Positions 61,267-64,000 of a stretch of 64,000 bases of DNA are shown piece after piece. A model generated the notes under the pieces. It made no database searches. It was not told the DNA's origin and worked only from the letters and a program-made list of their open reading frames with translations. The position numbers and the translations under genes are program-made. Within the stretch, counting starts at the first letter, position 1, and each line of letters begins with the position of its first letter. Location: positions 62,001-126,000 of the IMG/VR virus record IMGVR_UViG_3300005613_000002. One strand, 5' to 3'.

Positions 61267-61350
61267 AGTCCTATGGTGGAATTGGTAAACACATCGTCCT
61301 TTGAAGGCGACACCCGAAAGGGTTTGTAGGTTCGAGTCCTACTAGGATTG
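61267..61350 (+). tRNA. tRNA-Gln(UUG) on a Leu-like class II scaffold
   Basis: AGTCCTA/TAGGATT, G73; D arm GTGGAATTGGTAAACAC; TCGTC-CTTTGAA-GGCGA; variable arm ACCC-GAAA-GGGT. Confidence 0.85.
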
Positions 61351-61383
61351 CAAAAGTGTGAAAAACATACTTTATTAAGACGA

Positions 61384-61471
61384 AAGAAGATTCAGAGATG
61401 GTTGACATTCATGTAACCAATAGCTCGATAATGGTAGGGTTATAGTGAAAAGTGATAATAATCTTCTTCCA
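61384..61471 (+). ncRNA. Structured ncRNA 3 ending in CCA
   Basis: Closing stem AAGAAGATT/AATCTTCTT + CCA; hairpin TGGTT-G-ACAT/ATGT-AACCA; ATAATGGTAG shared with ncRNA 1. Confidence 0.5.
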
Positions 61472-61505
61472 ATATGAAGTACAAGTATTGGATAGTCTTT
61501 TTTAT

Positions 61506-61580
61506 TGCCCATTGGTGTAATTGGCTAACACATCTGATTTTGATTCAGAAGACTTATAGGTTCGAATCCTATATGGGCAA
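61506..61580 (+). tRNA. tRNA-Gln(UUG), class I, A37
   Basis: TGCCCAT/ATGGGCA; TCTGA-TTTTGAT-TCAGA; ATAGG-TTCGAAT-CCTAT. Confidence 0.9.
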
Positions 61581-61633
61581 CTTTTCTCTTGCTACTTATT
61601 ATTTTTTTAATTATATTTATGAAAAATATAATT

Positions 61634-61831
61634 ATGGATGCAGAAGAACTATTGAAATATCTAAAAAAATGTGTTGAAGACCTAAATTTAGGTTATGAAC
61701 CAATTATAACTCCAACAAAGTCAGACCCAAGAAAATATCAAACAGATGTGTCTATTATTGTTATGGAAAAAGCATTGGTGGGTAATAGACCAATATTCAA
61801 AATAAACGTAAAAGATTTAATAAAAGGATAA
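61634..61831 (+). CDS. Hypothetical protein
   Basis: Likely start MDAEELL; first ORF after the tRNA array. Confidence 0.6.
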   Translation: MDAEELLKYLKKCVEDLNLGYEPIITPTKSDPRKYQTDVSIIVMEKALVGNRPIFKINVKDLIKG

Positions 61832-61832
61832 T

Positions 61833-62117
61833 ATGATTTACAAACTAAAACATGTTCCAACTGGTTTATATTATCAACCACATAGACATCGAGGTAGCAA
61901 TTTAAGTAAAAGAGGTAAAATTTATCAAACTTCTACTCATGGTCTATCATCAGCATTTAAAAATAAAAGAGCAACATTTACTGTTTATTGTGAAAAAGAT
62001 AGTCGCATATATAAATTATGTAATAATATTTTAAATTTCGAAGATTATAGATTTTCATATAATCAAGTAAAAGCTGAAACAAAAGTAAGTGATTGGATAA
62101 TTGAAGAAATTAAATAA
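61833..62117 (+). CDS. Hypothetical protein
   Basis: 94 aa, YKLKHVPTGLYY...LSKRGKIY. Confidence 0.65.
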   Translation: MIYKLKHVPTGLYYQPHRHRGSNLSKRGKIYQTSTHGLSSAFKNKRATFTVYCEKDSRIYKLCNNILNFEDYRFSYNQVKAETKVSDWIIEEIK

Positions 62118-62122
62118 AAACA

Positions 62123-62521
62123 ATGAAATATAATTTATTCTTAGATGATGTTAGAAACCCGATTGATTGTGTATACTACATGTATACACCAATATATACT
62201 AGTGTTGACTGGGTGATAGTTAGAGATTATAATTCTTTTATTAAAATAATTAAAGAAAATGGTTTACCTGAAATAATCTCCTTCGATCATGATTTATCTG
62301 ATGAACATTATGACCCAAAAATGTATCATGAATCATATGATGAATTATATGATTCATTTAAAGAAAAAACTGGTTACGAATGTGCTAAATGGTTGGTAGA
62401 TTATTGTATTGATAATAATGAATTTCTACCAAAAAAAATATTAGTACATTCAATGAATCCTATTGGTAGACGAAATATTGAGTCTTATTTCGAATCATAT
62501 AATAAATCATTAAAATTATAG
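62123..62521 (+). CDS. Cyclic-phosphate-processing receiver (cREC)-domain protein
   Basis: LFLDD.R.P, ISFDHDL, KTGYECAKWL and VHSMNP.G motifs. Confidence 0.75.
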   Translation: MKYNLFLDDVRNPIDCVYYMYTPIYTSVDWVIVRDYNSFIKIIKENGLPEIISFDHDLSDEHYDPKMYHESYDELYDSFKEKTGYECAKWLVDYCIDNNEFLPKKILVHSMNPIGRRNIESYFESYNKSLKL

Positions 62522-62590
62522 TTTAATAATTATTTTATTAAGTTCTTAATTTTTATATTTTCTTTTGTATTTATTTAAAAACACAATATT

Positions 62591-64000
62591 ATGAAACATA
62601 CAAGAGAAGCAATAGGAGTAACATATGATGAATTAACAACTTTAATTGGGTCTGCTAGTTTAACTGTAGGACAAACATATAAAATTACTGATTATCAAAC
62701 TGTTCATTATTTAATTGATGGTGATGGTGGTGATGTGGTTTTAGAAGGTGGAACAGGTGATACTGTCGTTCATACAGGAAATACTGAGGCATTAGTTGTA
62801 ACAGCACTTACTGGTGAAGAATTATCACCAATTGCATATAGTGAAGAATATCTATATGATATTATTCATTATGATTGGAATCCTAATAATTGGTTGTTTG
62901 ACTTAGGTTTTAGTGCTTATGATGAAGCAGTAGTAACAGGATTTAAAGGTGTTATTTATTATAGAGAAGACACACAAAATAATAATATTTTCGGATATGA
63001 TTTCCGTAATGTAATGAATCGTAGATGGGTATTGGATTATGGAGAATGGACAGGTACAACAACATATAATTTTGCTGATAAGGTTCAAGTAGAAGGTGAT
63101 GGTCTTTATATGTCAACAAAAAATAATAACACAGACAATGCAGTTAGTGCTACAACATATTGGGATAAAATTGTTGATTATTCTAATTATTCATATTGGT
63201 GTTTAAATTCTGGTGATGCACAAGATATTGAAGATTATATTGATTCATTAACATTTAATGATAGTGAAGGTTCTTATGAGGATATTGTGAAAAATAATAT
63301 ATTCACTACAAATAAAGACAATACAGACATAGGAATGAGTCCAACTAATTCTATTTTGGATAATAATGTGTTTTATTTATTAGATGATGGAGCATTTAAT
63401 TTATCAGGTAATAAGTTTGGTGTTTATTTTCAATGTAACACTATTGATGGGAATTATTTCAATAATAACTCATTAGGTAATAATTGTAGTTCAAACACTA
63501 TAAGTCGTAATTTTGAGAATAATAAAATTGAAAATTCATTTAATGGTAATTTTATTGGTTATTCTTTTGATTCTAACATTATAGGAAATTATTTTCAAAC
63601 TAACACAATTGGAAGTGGTTTTGGTAAAAATTTAATTGGGAATTATTACCAAAATAATATAATTTCTGATGGTTTCATAAGTAATATAATTGGAAATTAC
63701 TTTTCAGGAAATGATGCAATTGGAAGTGATTTTGCTGAAAACTCAATTGGTAGTGATTTTCAAAGTGTTGAAGTTGGGACTGGATTTACTAATAACACAA
63801 TAGCAAATAGTTTTAAAAGTTCTTTTACTGTTGATGATTTCCATAATAATACAATAAAAGATGATGTTACTAGCATTAATTTTGCTTCAATGACACATGC
63901 TTATGAGGATTATAATTGTGAAGTGTTTTTAACTGCTAATGATGATTATAGATTATCATATTTTAATGCAAGTGATGTGCTTACTATTGTAGCTACAACA
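62591..64000 (+). CDS. Tail fibre/spike-like beta-helix protein, runs off the window edge
   Basis: Not in the track. MKHTREAIGVTYDELTTLIGSASLTVGQTYKITDYQT..., later tandem F.xNxIG repeats; late motif at 62567. Confidence 0.7.
   Translation, partial: MKHTREAIGVTYDELTTLIGSASLTVGQTYKITDYQTVHYLIDGDGGDVVLEGGTGDTVVHTGNTEALVVTALTGEELSPIAYSEEYLYDIIHYDWNPNNWLFDLGFSAYDEAVVTGFKGVIYYREDTQNNNIFGYDFRNVMNRRWVLDYGEWTGTTTYNFADKVQVEGDGLYMSTKNNNTDNAVSATTYWDKIVDYSNYSYWCLNSGDAQDIEDYIDSLTFNDSEGSYEDIVKNNIFTTNKDNTDIGMSPTNSILDNNVFYLLDDGAFNLSGNKFGVYFQCNTIDGNYFNNNSLGNNCSSNTISRNFENNKIENSFNGNFIGYSFDSNIIGNYFQTNTIGSGFGKNLIGNYYQNNIISDGFISNIIGNYFSGNDAIGSDFAENSIGSDFQSVEVGTGFTNNTIANSFKSSFTVDDFHNNTIKDDVTSINFASMTHAYEDYNCEVFLTANDDYRLSYFNASDVLTIVATT

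Noticed and set aside
60659-61600. Theta/HDV-like or hammerhead ribozymes at tRNA 3' ends
   Set aside because: I could not build the nested double pseudoknot after any tRNA, and TGATGA at about 60701 lacks a correctly placed stem II-GAAA core.
60509-61677. Track ORFs 60509-60802(-), 60802-60999(+) and 61474-61677(+)
   Set aside because: They overlap tRNA/ncRNA genes and the attenuator; spurious translations.
2170-63088. Many short ORFs antisense or out of frame within long genes (e.g. 2170, 4689, 7978, 20750, 36648, 54442, 62903)
   Set aside because: Shadow ORFs of well-supported genes, with no motifs or expression signals.
1-64000. Stop-codon reassignment
   Set aside because: Core genes are full length in code 11, TAG ends genes (10418, 62521), and no suppressor anticodons are present.
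1-64000. CRISPR array
   Set aside because: No regularly spaced direct repeats seen; the PD-(D/E)XK nuclease has no cas context.

Overview
A 64-kb segment of a large, AT-rich, T4-like myovirus, probably a jumbo phage. The host is most likely Bacteroidota, given repeated TTG-N19/20-TAnnTTTG promoters and A-rich translation starts without Shine-Dalgarno sequences. The window holds most of the virion module: terminase, portal, prohead protease, scaffold, gp23-like capsid, neck, tail terminator, sheath, tube, tape measure, baseplate proteins and the start of a fibre gene. It also has a gp55-like late sigma factor, two glycosyltransferase clusters, thyA, dut, a UvrD-like helicase and two free-standing homing endonucleases. 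Nearly every late gene is preceded by GTATTTAT(A), the reverse complement of the T4 late promoter. The standout is at 60346-62521. A host-type promoter drives an unannotated 27-codon leader peptide with a QHQPVQHPQ control run, followed by a classical attenuator (alternative hairpins plus an intrinsic terminator). Directly downstream is an array of seven tRNAs for exactly those amino acids: 3 Pro-UGG, 2 His-GUG, 2 Gln-UUG. One tRNA per amino acid sits on a class II (Ser-, Tyr- or Leu-like, long variable arm) scaffold. Three structured ncRNAs are interspersed, and a cyclic-phosphate-processing receiver protein follows. This looks like a tRNA-depletion-sensing tRNA rescue operon. A second highlight is a probable programmed -1 frameshift joining the gp26-like and gp51-like genes just upstream of the tape measure gene. 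All calls come from motif recognition by eye; no searches were run.
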